NCBI GenBank assembly: GCA_965207735.1
Contig: OZ242296.1
Coordinates: forward strand, 5,024,001 to 5,088,000
Source: Candidatus Versatilivorator sp.
GTDB lineage: Bacteria > Acidobacteriota > Terriglobia > Versatilivoradales > Versatilivoraceae
Reading direction: 5' to 3'
DNA: 64,000 nucleotides
This document shows positions 29,932-38,924 of the stretch, in pieces; positions within the stretch are counted from its first letter, which is position 1; every line of letters begins with the position of its first letter. The notes under the pieces were generated by a model, which was not told the origin of the DNA, searched no databases, and worked only from the letters and a program-made list of their open reading frames with translations. The position numbers and the translations under genes are program-made.

Positions 29932-30927
29932 ATGGGAATCCTGATGACCTTTCTCCAGGTCGGCCGACCCAAGGAACCGGCGCAGTTTCCTCACCTGAAG
30001 GGACGGGAACAACTGCTGAGGCCTCTTGGCTTCACCCCCCAACAGGCCGAATGGATCACCCTGGTCTGCCTGCACTCGGGCCTGTTCACCCGGGACCAGG
30101 TCGAGGCCTTCTTCGGATACGCCAAGTCCAGCGCCAACCGCTTTATCCGGGCGTTGCTCCGCACACGCATATCCCACAAGCCGATGGCGTCGGAGACCGT
30201 CACCGACGGCCGCCGGATTTGCCGCATCTTCGGCAAGCAGATCTACCGGGAACTGGAGATCCCCCCCATCCGCCACCGCCGGGAGACCTCGCTGGAAGTC
30301 ACCCGGCGGCGACTGCTATCGCTCGATTTCGTGCTCGATCATCCGGAGTTGGCTTGGCTACCGACAGAGCGGGAGAAGCTCGCTTGCTTTGAGCAGCTCG
30401 GGATCGAACCATTCATGCTGCCCCGGACGATCTACGCCGGCCATGCCAAGGGGCGGGTTCAGTATTTTCCCCTCAGGATGCCGGTTGCCATGGGGCCGGA
30501 GGCGGCCGTATTCGTCTACATCGACCCCGGCATGGGAACCCGTACGGAGCTGGACTCCTGGAGAGAGGCCCACCGGCCGCTCTGGCAGATGCTCCGCGAG
30601 TTAGGGTGGCGGGTCGAGGTGGTTGCCGTCGCCTGGGAGCAGGAACTGCTGGACCGCGCCGAGCGGGTGATGCGATCCTGGGTAGGCGGAGACCTGACTG
30701 AGGCCGGCAGAGAGCTTCTCAATCTCCGGTGGGCTGTCTCCAGCGCCGACTGGGAAACAGTCGAACGCTATGGCGGGCTCAATGCCGCCCTCAAGAAAAT
30801 CAACCAATTGAAGCAGGCAGCGCCGGAGCCCCAGGGCCTGGGAATGATCGACGATTTCCGCCTCTGGGGGTCAAGGCGGTGCCGTCGTATGGGTGGCCAC
30901 CTTACAAAAGGGGGGCGGCTCACCTAG
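29932..30927 (+). CDS. Hypothetical protein of the integrative element (possible replication/relaxation or DNA-binding protein)
   Basis: 331-aa ORF directly after the integrase with the same GC style; winged-HTH-like N-terminus; followed by a large cruciform. Function is inferred. Confidence 0.65.
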   Translation: MGILMTFLQVGRPKEPAQFPHLKGREQLLRPLGFTPQQAEWITLVCLHSGLFTRDQVEAFFGYAKSSANRFIRALLRTRISHKPMASETVTDGRRICRIFGKQIYRELEIPPIRHRRETSLEVTRRRLLSLDFVLDHPELAWLPTEREKLACFEQLGIEPFMLPRTIYAGHAKGRVQYFPLRMPVAMGPEAAVFVYIDPGMGTRTELDSWREAHRPLWQMLRELGWRVEVVAVAWEQELLDRAERVMRSWVGGDLTEAGRELLNLRWAVSSADWETVERYGGLNAALKKINQLKQAAPEPQGLGMIDDFRLWGSRRCRRMGGHLTKGGRLT

Positions 30928-31137
30928 GTGGCTCACTGAGGTGGCGCACGCTTTTGACCACCACAACGCTTCTCTCTCAGAGGGCGCGCCCTCGCTGCTG
31001 TGGTCGAGGCCTTGCCTGGAAAGCCTTATGGGAAGCGGGTTGGCACGGATTCCCCGCGTCGGCTGAGACAACCGTGGCGGGCCGGTGCCCGGCGTGTCCC
31101 CGCGTCAGCCGGTGCGCCGCGCCTGGAGGGGTAGGAA

Positions 31138-31248
31138 GTGGAGGGAGCGACCCCCCTCTTTTTGCCGCTGGTGCGGCACCGGGGAGGGGGAGGTGGCGCA
31201 TGGCAAAATTCACCACCTCACCTCCCCTAGGGGGGTCGCTCCCTCCAC
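31138..31248. repeat. Large cruciform: perfect 20-bp IR with a nested imperfect IR (candidate origin/oriT)
   Basis: GTGGAGGGAGCGACCCCCCT (31138-31157) pairs with AGGGGGGTCGCTCCCTCCAC (31229-31248); inner GGGGAGGGGGAGGTGG with CCACCTCACCTCCCC. Confidence 0.75.
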
Positions 31249-31371
31249 AGTGATCCCTGGCGGGAAGGCCATCGAGCACCTTTTCGCGCTCACAGTGGAT
31301 GCGTGTGTCGCCGTGTAGTGTTGTAACGTGAATGTTGTTCTATGTGTTATTGTGTGTCTCTATGTTGCACC

Positions 31372-31653
31372 ATGTACCGCTTCATATCCGTGTCTCTCCC
31401 GAAACCCGTCAAAGTCTCCAGCGCCTCGGCACCCAGCGGCGCCGAAGAACTGGTCGCGCCGGTCAAGGCCGCGCACCCCGAACCGATCACTGGATGGATC
31501 CCGGCTAGGCTGGAGGGTGGTGTCTGGGGAGCTCGCTTCCAAGGGGACACCCGCTACCTCCCAACCGACCTCGAGGGCCTCACCATCGCTGTTCAGAGCA
31601 GTCTGATCTTCGGCTGGTTTCTACTCGGCTATGCCAAGTGCAGTTCCAATTAG
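31372..31653 (+). CDS. Small hypothetical protein, probably truncated at the junction with low-GC cargo
   Basis: Plausible coding stretch GWIPARLEGGVWGARFQG..LP..LEGLTIAV; composition shifts near 31600. Confidence 0.3.
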   Translation: MYRFISVSLPKPVKVSSASAPSGAEELVAPVKAAHPEPITGWIPARLEGGVWGARFQGDTRYLPTDLEGLTIAVQSSLIFGWFLLGYAKCSSN

Positions 31654-31655
31654 AG

Positions 31656-32141
31656 ATGACGGTAATAGGGCTATGGCAACTGTTCGCGTGCCTAAGCCGA
31701 TGGCTGGAGTTGGCATTAGCTTTTGCAGGCTTGGTCTGGATCAGCGGCAACTCGGCCTGGTTGCTGAGTGCCTTTGAATCCGAACCATCGCTCGCACGAG
31801 TCTATATCGTCGAAGACATCATTCTGGCCACTCTGGTCTTCTTGGCATTACTAGTGCAATTCCACTTTGGAGTCCCATGGCTCAAAGTGATGTGGTTCTG
31901 TCTTGGGATGTCAACCGGATTGGTTGCCCTTGGAATGATGACCATCGGCCCAACCCTGCTGCCAGGGCTGGCTCTAGGGTGTATCGCAGGGTTTCTGGCA
32001 GCCTTGAGAACTCAGGCTCACTTGATATTCCTCGCTGGCTGGTTCCTGGCGGGATTGATGTCTCAAGCAGGACTCATGCTTGTGCTCTTGTTCATCGGCT
32101 TGATAGTCATATCTTACAGCGAACTTGTCAACTTGCCTTGA
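31656..32141 (+). CDS. Hypothetical integral membrane protein
   Basis: About 161 aa, almost entirely hydrophobic segments (4-5 TM). Confidence 0.55.
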   Translation: MTVIGLWQLFACLSRWLELALAFAGLVWISGNSAWLLSAFESEPSLARVYIVEDIILATLVFLALLVQFHFGVPWLKVMWFCLGMSTGLVALGMMTIGPTLLPGLALGCIAGFLAALRTQAHLIFLAGWFLAGLMSQAGLMLVLLFIGLIVISYSELVNLP

Positions 32142-32250
32142 AGCCAGCAAAGTCCTCTTTGGTCGCCCGCTACGCAATGACTGGAATTCGCGCTTTGTGG
32201 GTGGCCTGGATGCCGGGTCTGTGCTCCTGCGGGTTTCGTACTTTCGCCCC

Positions 32251-33459
32251 TTACCGAAGTGCAGAATCCAAGACATCCTTTACAAAACAAACAGCCTGGG
32301 AAATTTCGTCATCTGTGGTGAAGCGGCCAAAGCTAAAGCGCACAGAAGCATCTGCTTGTTCTCCATTGAGTCCGATAGATCGCAGCACGTGAGACGGTTC
32401 GGGAATGCCGGAGGTACATGCTGACCCTGTAGAAGCTGCGAGCTGCGGCTGAAGTGAGTTAAGTATGTCCTTAGCGCTAAAACCATCGAATTGCAGATTC
32501 GCGTTCCCGGGATGGCGCATCTCTCCGACCGGTCCGTTGAGCGTAACAGGAACAGCCCCATCCGTTAGCAAGCGCACAAAGCAATCTCGTTGGCCCGCGA
32601 CCCTCTCGCGTTCCGCTTGCAGTTCAGGACCGTGCAACATCTTAGCAGCGGCACCCATTCCGACGGCTAAAGCCAGCGGAACGGTGCCCGAACGCAACCC
32701 CTCCTGTTGCCCGCCACCGTAGATCAACGGCTCGATCCGACTCAGGGCATCTCGACGAACGTAAAGGGCACCAATGCCTTGCGGACCGTACATCTTGTGG
32801 GCCGATAAGCTCACAAGGTCTGCAAAGGTAGCGAGCTCACTCAAGTCCATCGCACAGGGGGCTTGAGCGGCGTCACAATGGAACAGGACACCATAGTGCG
32901 CCAACAAGACAGAAATGGCAGGGATATCCTGAATCGTGCCGATTTCGTTGTTGACTGCCATTATTGATACCGCAAGGACCGAATCGTCAAGCTCCGCCCT
33001 GAGAAGGTTCAAGTCAACGAACCCATCATGGTCAACGGGGATTGTATCTATACTGATGCCATAGCGCTTGCCAATCACACTTGCCGCTGCGAGCACACAC
33101 TTGTGTTCAATTGTGCTGACTAGAATTCGACGACGAGACGGCGGAGCTTTGTGCGCCAAACCTAGAAGCGCAAAGTTGTTGGCCTCAGTCGCACCAGATG
33201 TGAAGACTATCTCATCCGGGTCAGCTCCGACGAGGGTTGCAACAGCGTCAGCCGCTTCTTGAACCGCTTTAGCCGCGCTCCAACCCACCGCGTGGTCGAC
33301 AGAGTGCGGGTTACCAAACGCTTCCTCCCAATAGGGCATCATGCGTTTCACGACTCTCGGATCCACCGGAGTCGTAGCTTGGTAGTCCGCATATACTTTT
33401 GCTGTAAGCCCTCTTTCCAAAAAACAGCCCCACTTTCCATAGACATTAGCTGTCCGCAA
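32251..33459 (-). CDS. iscS: Cysteine desulfurase (IscS family; SspA/DndA role by context); start uncertain
   Basis: YADYQATTP, FGNPHS, FTSGATEANN, NNEIGTIQ, HCDAAQ, SAHKMYGPQG (PLP Lys), RSGT, GSACTS (catalytic Cys). Confidence 0.93.
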   Translation of the reverse strand: MRTANVYGKWGCFLERGLTAKVYADYQATTPVDPRVVKRMMPYWEEAFGNPHSVDHAVGWSAAKAVQEAADAVATLVGADPDEIVFTSGATEANNFALLGLAHKAPPSRRRILVSTIEHKCVLAAASVIGKRYGISIDTIPVDHDGFVDLNLLRAELDDSVLAVSIMAVNNEIGTIQDIPAISVLLAHYGVLFHCDAAQAPCAMDLSELATFADLVSLSAHKMYGPQGIGALYVRRDALSRIEPLIYGGGQQEGLRSGTVPLALAVGMGAAAKMLHGPELQAERERVAGQRDCFVRLLTDGAVPVTLNGPVGEMRHPGNANLQFDGFSAKDILNSLQPQLAASTGSACTSGIPEPSHVLRSIGLNGEQADASVRFSFGRFTTDDEISQAVCFVKDVLDSALR

Positions 33460-33503
33460 AGTGTAACCTCCTACTGGATGGATCGTCCAGTAGGAGAGTT
33501 AAC

Positions 33504-34469
33504 TTGCCGCGGGGGCCGCTGTACCAAGACGGTTACCGACCGCAGTTTGCGGGACATGAGACCTTTCCGCTCAGATATGGGTGGCTGAAGAAGGCATTCG
33601 ACGCAGTACAAGCCACTGAGAGCGGTGACGACAACAAGAGTGTCTTCACCGGTGCCGACGCAATCGCAAAATTTGGCGTTGGCAAGAACATGGTGGCGTC
33701 AATGCGTCATTGGGCAATAGCCTCCGGGGTTCTAAGCGAGCCGGACGGTCGGCAGCGCATTGAAACGACATCTCTAGGCCGTCTTTTTTTTGGCAACGAC
33801 GGCATCGACCCATACATGGAGTCCCCTGATACGTCGTGGGTGATTCACTGGCAACTGAGTTCGCATGCGACTAAGACTACGTGGTTTTGGGCGTTCAACC
33901 ACTACCCTGCCTTGTCCTTCGAGCGCGACATGTTGGCACGCGGGATTGATAGACTTGCCCGCGACCTCGATTGGAGCCGTGCTTCCCCCGCAACCATAAG
34001 ACGGGACGTATCTTGCTTCGTTCGGACATACGTTCCGCAGCCGCTATCACGTCATGTGAGCTACGAAGACGCGCTCGAGTCACCACTGACCGAACTCGGT
34101 CTAATCAAGCCGGTTGGCAGGCGCGATGGATTTAGATTCGTACGTGGTCCGAAACCCTCGCTCGGCAATTTTGTTTTCTGCTACAGCGTAGCCGATTTCT
34201 GGAACGAGCATTTCCCCAACGTTAACACCTTGTCCTTTGAGGCGCTCGCTCACGAGCCCGGCTCGCCAGGAAGAGTGTTTCTGCTAGATGAGAACGCCTT
34301 GGTGGACAGACTCAGCAGCCTAGAAGCAACGACAGACGGCGTTTTCAGGTGGTCCGAGTCGGCCGGACTCAAACAGCTTATCCGAGAGCGTGAGTTGCGC
34401 ACCGAGGAAGTATTAAATCGGCTAGCAGCTACCTTCGATAGCAATCCACACGACAAGGCTTCTGTTTAA
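33504..34469 (+). CDS. sspB: DUF4007 protein (SspB-like)
   Basis: FAGHETFPLRYGWLKK, FGVGKNMVASMRHW, DPYME...WVIHWQL, SPLTELGLI, PGSPGRVF; AGGAG RBS before TTG. Confidence 0.88.
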   Translation: MPRGPLYQDGYRPQFAGHETFPLRYGWLKKAFDAVQATESGDDNKSVFTGADAIAKFGVGKNMVASMRHWAIASGVLSEPDGRQRIETTSLGRLFFGNDGIDPYMESPDTSWVIHWQLSSHATKTTWFWAFNHYPALSFERDMLARGIDRLARDLDWSRASPATIRRDVSCFVRTYVPQPLSRHVSYEDALESPLTELGLIKPVGRRDGFRFVRGPKPSLGNFVFCYSVADFWNEHFPNVNTLSFEALAHEPGSPGRVFLLDENALVDRLSSLEATTDGVFRWSESAGLKQLIRERELRTEEVLNRLAATFDSNPHDKASV

Positions 34470-37400
34470 TGTCCCTCACTGACCGAGTTCACATTGCCCG
34501 GCGATTCCAAAGGTCCATTCGCATCGACACGGACCTTAAGGAACGAGCAGCGATAGAGGGATTCGTCTGCCCTCAGTCTTCGGCCGTTCTGCTGGAGACG
34601 ATGGCCCATCACATTTCGCAATCGGGTCAAGGAGCTTTCACTTGGACGGGGCCTTACGGCAGCGGGAAGTCGAGTCTGGTAGTCGCGCTCAGTGCGGCAC
34701 TCAGTGGGAATACTCAGGTAAGGCGCCTCGCGGCACAGATTCTTGGTGAACAAACGGCAGAAGAGGTTTGGAAGGCGCTTCCACCTGGTGAAAAAGGCTG
34801 GTGTATTCTTCCCATCGTCGGGCGGCGGGAGCAACCTGCACAGGTAGTCGGCGAGGCCATCTGCAAGCAGAGGTATGTCCGAAACGGCTCAATGGGGCTC
34901 TGGACCGATCAGGTTGTGTTTGACGCTCTGACCAGAATTTCCAAACGTGCACCAAAACAGGGCGGTGGGCTCATCGTCTTCATCGATGAGATGGGAAAAT
35001 TCTTGGAGGGTGCAGCCTACGACGGAACGGACATCTACTTTTTCCAGCAACTCGCTGAGCTAGCTTCGCGTAGCAACGGACGCCTCATAGTGGTAGGCAT
35101 ACTGCACCAAGCGTTCGAAGAATATGCCCATCGCCTATCTCGGGAGATGCGCGATGAATGGGCCAAGATTCAAGGGCGGTTCATAGACCTGGCCGTCAAC
35201 ACTGGCTGGGAGGAACAACTTGATCTGTTGGGTCGCGCGATCGAGAGTGATCAAAAACCATCGCCTGCCTCCAACGGAATTGTGGAGCGTGTGGCTCGAC
35301 TGACTCGCCCACATGTAGATGCGAGGCTCCTAGCATCATGCTGGCCGCTACATCCAATTGTGGCTTGCTTGCTTGGCCCAATCTCACGCAGACGGTTTGG
35401 CCAAAACCAGCGAAGCATCTTCGGATTCTTGAACTCAACAGAGCCGCAGGGTTTCCGGGACTTCTTGCAAACAGCCGACGACGACAGTCTATATACGCCA
35501 GACAGACTTTGGGACTACCTGAAATTCAACCTCGAACCGTCGATCATGGCCTCGCCTGACGGCCATCGCTGGGCAATGGCCGTGGACGCACTCGACCGAT
35601 GCCAGGGGGCAGGAGGAGACGAATTCCATCTACGAATTCTGAAGACCATCGCACTTGTTGAGCTGTTCAAAGAGCGTTCCGGTCTAACATCAAGTCTGGA
35701 ACTACTCAGCCTTGTCCTGCCCAGTCAGAACACACTCAGCGTTGAAGAAGCAGTCAGCAAACTGGAGGAGTGGTCATTAGTCCTTCACCGTAAGTTCTCC
35801 AACTCCTACGGCGTCTTCGAGGGCAGTGACTTCGACATAGAACGGGCAATTGATCAAGCCTACGAGGGCGTCGGCGAGTTGGATTGGGGTCGGCTCACGC
35901 AGCTTGCCGGACTCCAACCAGTGATTGCTAAACGGCACTACCACAAGACTGGCGCGATCAGATGGTGCGATACGGCACTCGTCGCGCTTAGCGAACTCGA
36001 CAGGACGGTCACCGAATATGTCCCTAGCAACGGCGCGATAGGGGCATTTTTCCTAGCTTTACCAATCCAGGGAGACGCCCCGGATATGGTCGAGAGAATC
36101 GTCAAACGCGCCTCGTCTATCTCAACGGAATGGGAAGTCGTTGTGGGCGTACCTGAGCGTACCGGCTGGTCAATTACAAGTCTGGCGCGAGATCTGATGG
36201 CATTGGAAAAAGTCAGGGACGGCACACCGGAATTGCAGGGCGACCGGATTGCCCGTCGCGAAGTTCAGGCCCGGATTGCGGATTTGCAGGGTTATATAGA
36301 GAGTGAACTCGGCCGAGCATTAGACCAGGCATGGTGGCATCGAAGACAAGGAAGAGCGCAGCGTCTCGACAGTGTCGAACTGAATAGTTTGGCATCGGAC
36401 TTGGCCAATACCAGATTCCCTCACGCTCCGCACATCCACAACGAGTTGTTAAACCGCATGAAGCCTTCGACTAATGCAGTTGCAGCACGCAATGCGCTAC
36501 TGAAACATATGGCGCTCCATGAAGGGGAGAAGCGGCTTGGGATCAAGGGGTATCCACCCGAAGGGGGCCTGTTCGACTCACTGCTGCTTGCGACTGGTCT
36601 TTACGCTGAGACAGCGGGAGAATGGCGAATCGTCGATCCAAATTTCGCTGGCATGGATCCGAGCGGGCTGTCTCCAGCATGGCAAGCAGCTACGGATTAC
36701 CTGAAGCATAATTCCCACATAGCTGTCCCGGTGTCCGACATATACGATATCTGGAGGAAAGCGCCTTTCGGGATTAGAGAGGGTCTGCTGCCCTTGCTCG
36801 CTGTTGCATTCCTTCAGTCTCGTCGGGGAGACCTCGCCCTCTATCGGGAAGGTGTTTTTCAACCACGACTGACCGAGCTCGATGCGGAATACCTGACCAA
36901 CGACCCCTCCGACGTCCAGCTTCGATGGATGGAGATGTCGGGCATCTCTCGTCAACTTCTTTCTGACTTGGCTGAGATAGTACGGCACATGGATCCAACA
37001 AATGCTCTGAGCCATCTTGAACCCATTGACGTGGCTCGCGGTTTGGTCTCGATATACGACCGTCTCCCTGTCTGGGTCGGACGCACTCAACGTCTGTCGA
37101 ACGAAGCGAAACGAGTCAGGCAGCTATTCAAGCGAGCCAGTGACCCCAACAGGTTCATTTTTGACGACATCCCTCACCTCGTGTTGGGTCAAAAAGAGGA
37201 TTCAACGGTTGTTCCTGACGTAGCCGTCATGGTCAGGCAGGGTCTAACTGAACTTTCGGATGCGTACCCCAACATGTTGCGCCGGTTGAGGGAAACTCTG
37301 CTCGTAGAGCTAGGCGTTCCGAGCACGTCACCGTCGATGTTGGCAGAACTTCGCGCCAGAGCGGAGAATATTCGGCAGTTGAGCGGTAACCACAGACTTG

Positions 37401-37837
37401 AAGCGTTTATCCTGCGAATGTCGCAATACCAAGGAACTGACTCGGATATGGAGTCGCTTGCAAGCATGGCCGTAAACAAGCCTCCTCGACAGTGGACGGA
37501 CGCTGACATCGACCGCGCAGCCGTTGAGTTAGCAGACATGGCGCGCGACTTCACCAGACATGAGGCCTATGCACATGTCAAGGGAAGGCCGGACCATCGC
37601 CTTGCGATGGCTGTCGTGGTTGGGCTGGACGGCGAGCCGATTCACGACGATTTTGAGGTTACCGAGCGAGAGCAATCGCAGGTAGACGTCATCATCCAGC
37701 GGATGAGGCAAAGCTTGAGCGAAAGTGGCGAATCCGAACAAAACGTCATCTTGGCTGCACTCGCCAGAATTACAGCCGAGTACCTGGGATCTAGGGGAGA
37801 ATCAAGCGTCTCGGGGTCGAAAGAGGAGGCTTCGTGA
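34469..37837 (+). CDS. sspC: Large P-loop ATPase (SspC-like)
   Basis: RSIRIDTD, Walker A TGPYGSGKS, Walker B FIDEMGK, LHQ, EWAKIQGRF, WPLHP, FGQNQRSIF; overlaps the DUF4007 stop. Confidence 0.82.
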   Translation: MSLTDRVHIARRFQRSIRIDTDLKERAAIEGFVCPQSSAVLLETMAHHISQSGQGAFTWTGPYGSGKSSLVVALSAALSGNTQVRRLAAQILGEQTAEEVWKALPPGEKGWCILPIVGRREQPAQVVGEAICKQRYVRNGSMGLWTDQVVFDALTRISKRAPKQGGGLIVFIDEMGKFLEGAAYDGTDIYFFQQLAELASRSNGRLIVVGILHQAFEEYAHRLSREMRDEWAKIQGRFIDLAVNTGWEEQLDLLGRAIESDQKPSPASNGIVERVARLTRPHVDARLLASCWPLHPIVACLLGPISRRRFGQNQRSIFGFLNSTEPQGFRDFLQTADDDSLYTPDRLWDYLKFNLEPSIMASPDGHRWAMAVDALDRCQGAGGDEFHLRILKTIALVELFKERSGLTSSLELLSLVLPSQNTLSVEEAVSKLEEWSLVLHRKFSNSYGVFEGSDFDIERAIDQAYEGVGELDWGRLTQLAGLQPVIAKRHYHKTGAIRWCDTALVALSELDRTVTEYVPSNGAIGAFFLALPIQGDAPDMVERIVKRASSISTEWEVVVGVPERTGWSITSLARDLMALEKVRDGTPELQGDRIARREVQARIADLQGYIESELGRALDQAWWHRRQGRAQRLDSVELNSLASDLANTRFPHAPHIHNELLNRMKPSTNAVAARNALLKHMALHEGEKRLGIKGYPPEGGLFDSLLLATGLYAETAGEWRIVDPNFAGMDPSGLSPAWQAATDYLKHNSHIAVPVSDIYDIWRKAPFGIREGLLPLLAVAFLQSRRGDLALYREGVFQPRLTELDAEYLTNDPSDVQLRWMEMSGISRQLLSDLAEIVRHMDPTNALSHLEPIDVARGLVSIYDRLPVWVGRTQRLSNEAKRVRQLFKRASDPNRFIFDDIPHLVLGQKEDSTVVPDVAVMVRQGLTELSDAYPNMLRRLRETLLVELGVPSTSPSMLAELRARAENIRQLSGNHRLEAFILRMSQYQGTDSDMESLASMAVNKPPRQWTDADIDRAAVELADMARDFTRHEAYAHVKGRPDHRLAMAVVVGLDGEPIHDDFEVTEREQSQVDVIIQRMRQSLSESGESEQNVILAALARITAEYLGSRGESSVSGSKEEAS

Positions 37838-38676
37838 TGTCTTCCGGCTCTAAACACCACGTTCTAGGACTGTCAGGGGGACGCGACAGCGCTGCACTGG
37901 CAATCTACATGCGAGAGATCCATCCTGACCTGGAGGTGAAATATTTTTTCACTGACACCGGCAAAGAGTTGCCGGAGGTATACGAGTTTTTGGTCAAGCT
38001 AGAAGGCTTCCTGGGTAAGCCTATCCTTCGATTGAACCCAGACCGGGACTTCGACTTCTGGTTAAAGCAATACAACAACTTTCTGCCTTCGGCTCAGACG
38101 CGGTGGTGTACGAGGCAATTGAAGCTGAGACCATTTGAGAAGTGGGTGCGCCCAATGCTCGAAGCGGGAGACACCGTCTACAGCTACGTAGCCATCCGTG
38201 CTGACGAAGAGTACCGGGAGGGGTATTCTTCCAAACACGACCTACTAATAGTCAAACTTCCGCTGAAGGATGCTGGAATTGACAAGTCCGGTGTTATGGA
38301 GATATTGGAAGGCACGGGGATCGGCCTGCCGGAATATTACGAGTGGCGCACACGTAGCGGTTGTACATTCTGCTTCTTCCAACAAAAGATCGAGTGGGTG
38401 CGCTTAATGGACCGACACCCTGGATACTTCGAGGAGGCCAAGAAGTACGAGAAGAACGCGCTCGAACACGGTTCTCCCTTCACCTGGAGCCAGGGGGAGT
38501 CACTCGATGCGTTATCGAGGCCAGAGCGCATTGCACAGATCAGGAAAGACCACGAGGATCGTTTAAAGCGGATGCGAATCAAGAGACAGGTCAACCCCCT
38601 CCGCCCAGATGCCGAACCACTAGATATTGACGACCTGTACGGTCAGGCCAAGGTCTGTCTTGCCTGCCACAAGTGA
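37834..38676 (+). CDS. sspD: PAPS-reductase-family protein (SspD-like)
   Basis: PP-loop LSGGRDS, DTGKELPE, RWCTRQLK, IRADE, RSGCTFCFFQ; terminal CLACHK. Confidence 0.88.
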   Translation: MMSSGSKHHVLGLSGGRDSAALAIYMREIHPDLEVKYFFTDTGKELPEVYEFLVKLEGFLGKPILRLNPDRDFDFWLKQYNNFLPSAQTRWCTRQLKLRPFEKWVRPMLEAGDTVYSYVAIRADEEYREGYSSKHDLLIVKLPLKDAGIDKSGVMEILEGTGIGLPEYYEWRTRSGCTFCFFQQKIEWVRLMDRHPGYFEEAKKYEKNALEHGSPFTWSQGESLDALSRPERIAQIRKDHEDRLKRMRIKRQVNPLRPDAEPLDIDDLYGQAKVCLACHK

Positions 38677-38924
38677 AGGGATTTCCGATAGCTAGTGGGG
38701 ATACCGTCCAAACTGCAATGTCGAACGCTAAACCGTCTCGCCTCAAGGTTGCCCTTGCGGATGCAAATCCTCTTTACATCCTTCCGAAGGAACCAATAGC
38801 CGCGCAGGTACTCATCCCCGCGTTGATGACCACGGCATCTTTGGACGTAATGATGGGATACTTCTCCAGCTCGTCCTTTGCTGAAATCGCCCCCGGTCTA
38901 GCGACATTCCTGCGGAACACTAAG

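Noticed and set aside
33504-38676. BREX type 4 or canonical DndABCDE assignment
   Set aside because: No pglZ/brxL and no dndB or long dndC. Separate DUF4007, ATPase and short PAPS reductase genes plus a desulfurase fit Ssp better, and the SMC-like ATPase sits in the helicase module.
38655-38676. CLACH at the PAPS-reductase C-terminus as a c-type heme site
   Set aside because: Cytoplasmic protein with no signal peptide; more likely Fe-S or Zn ligands.
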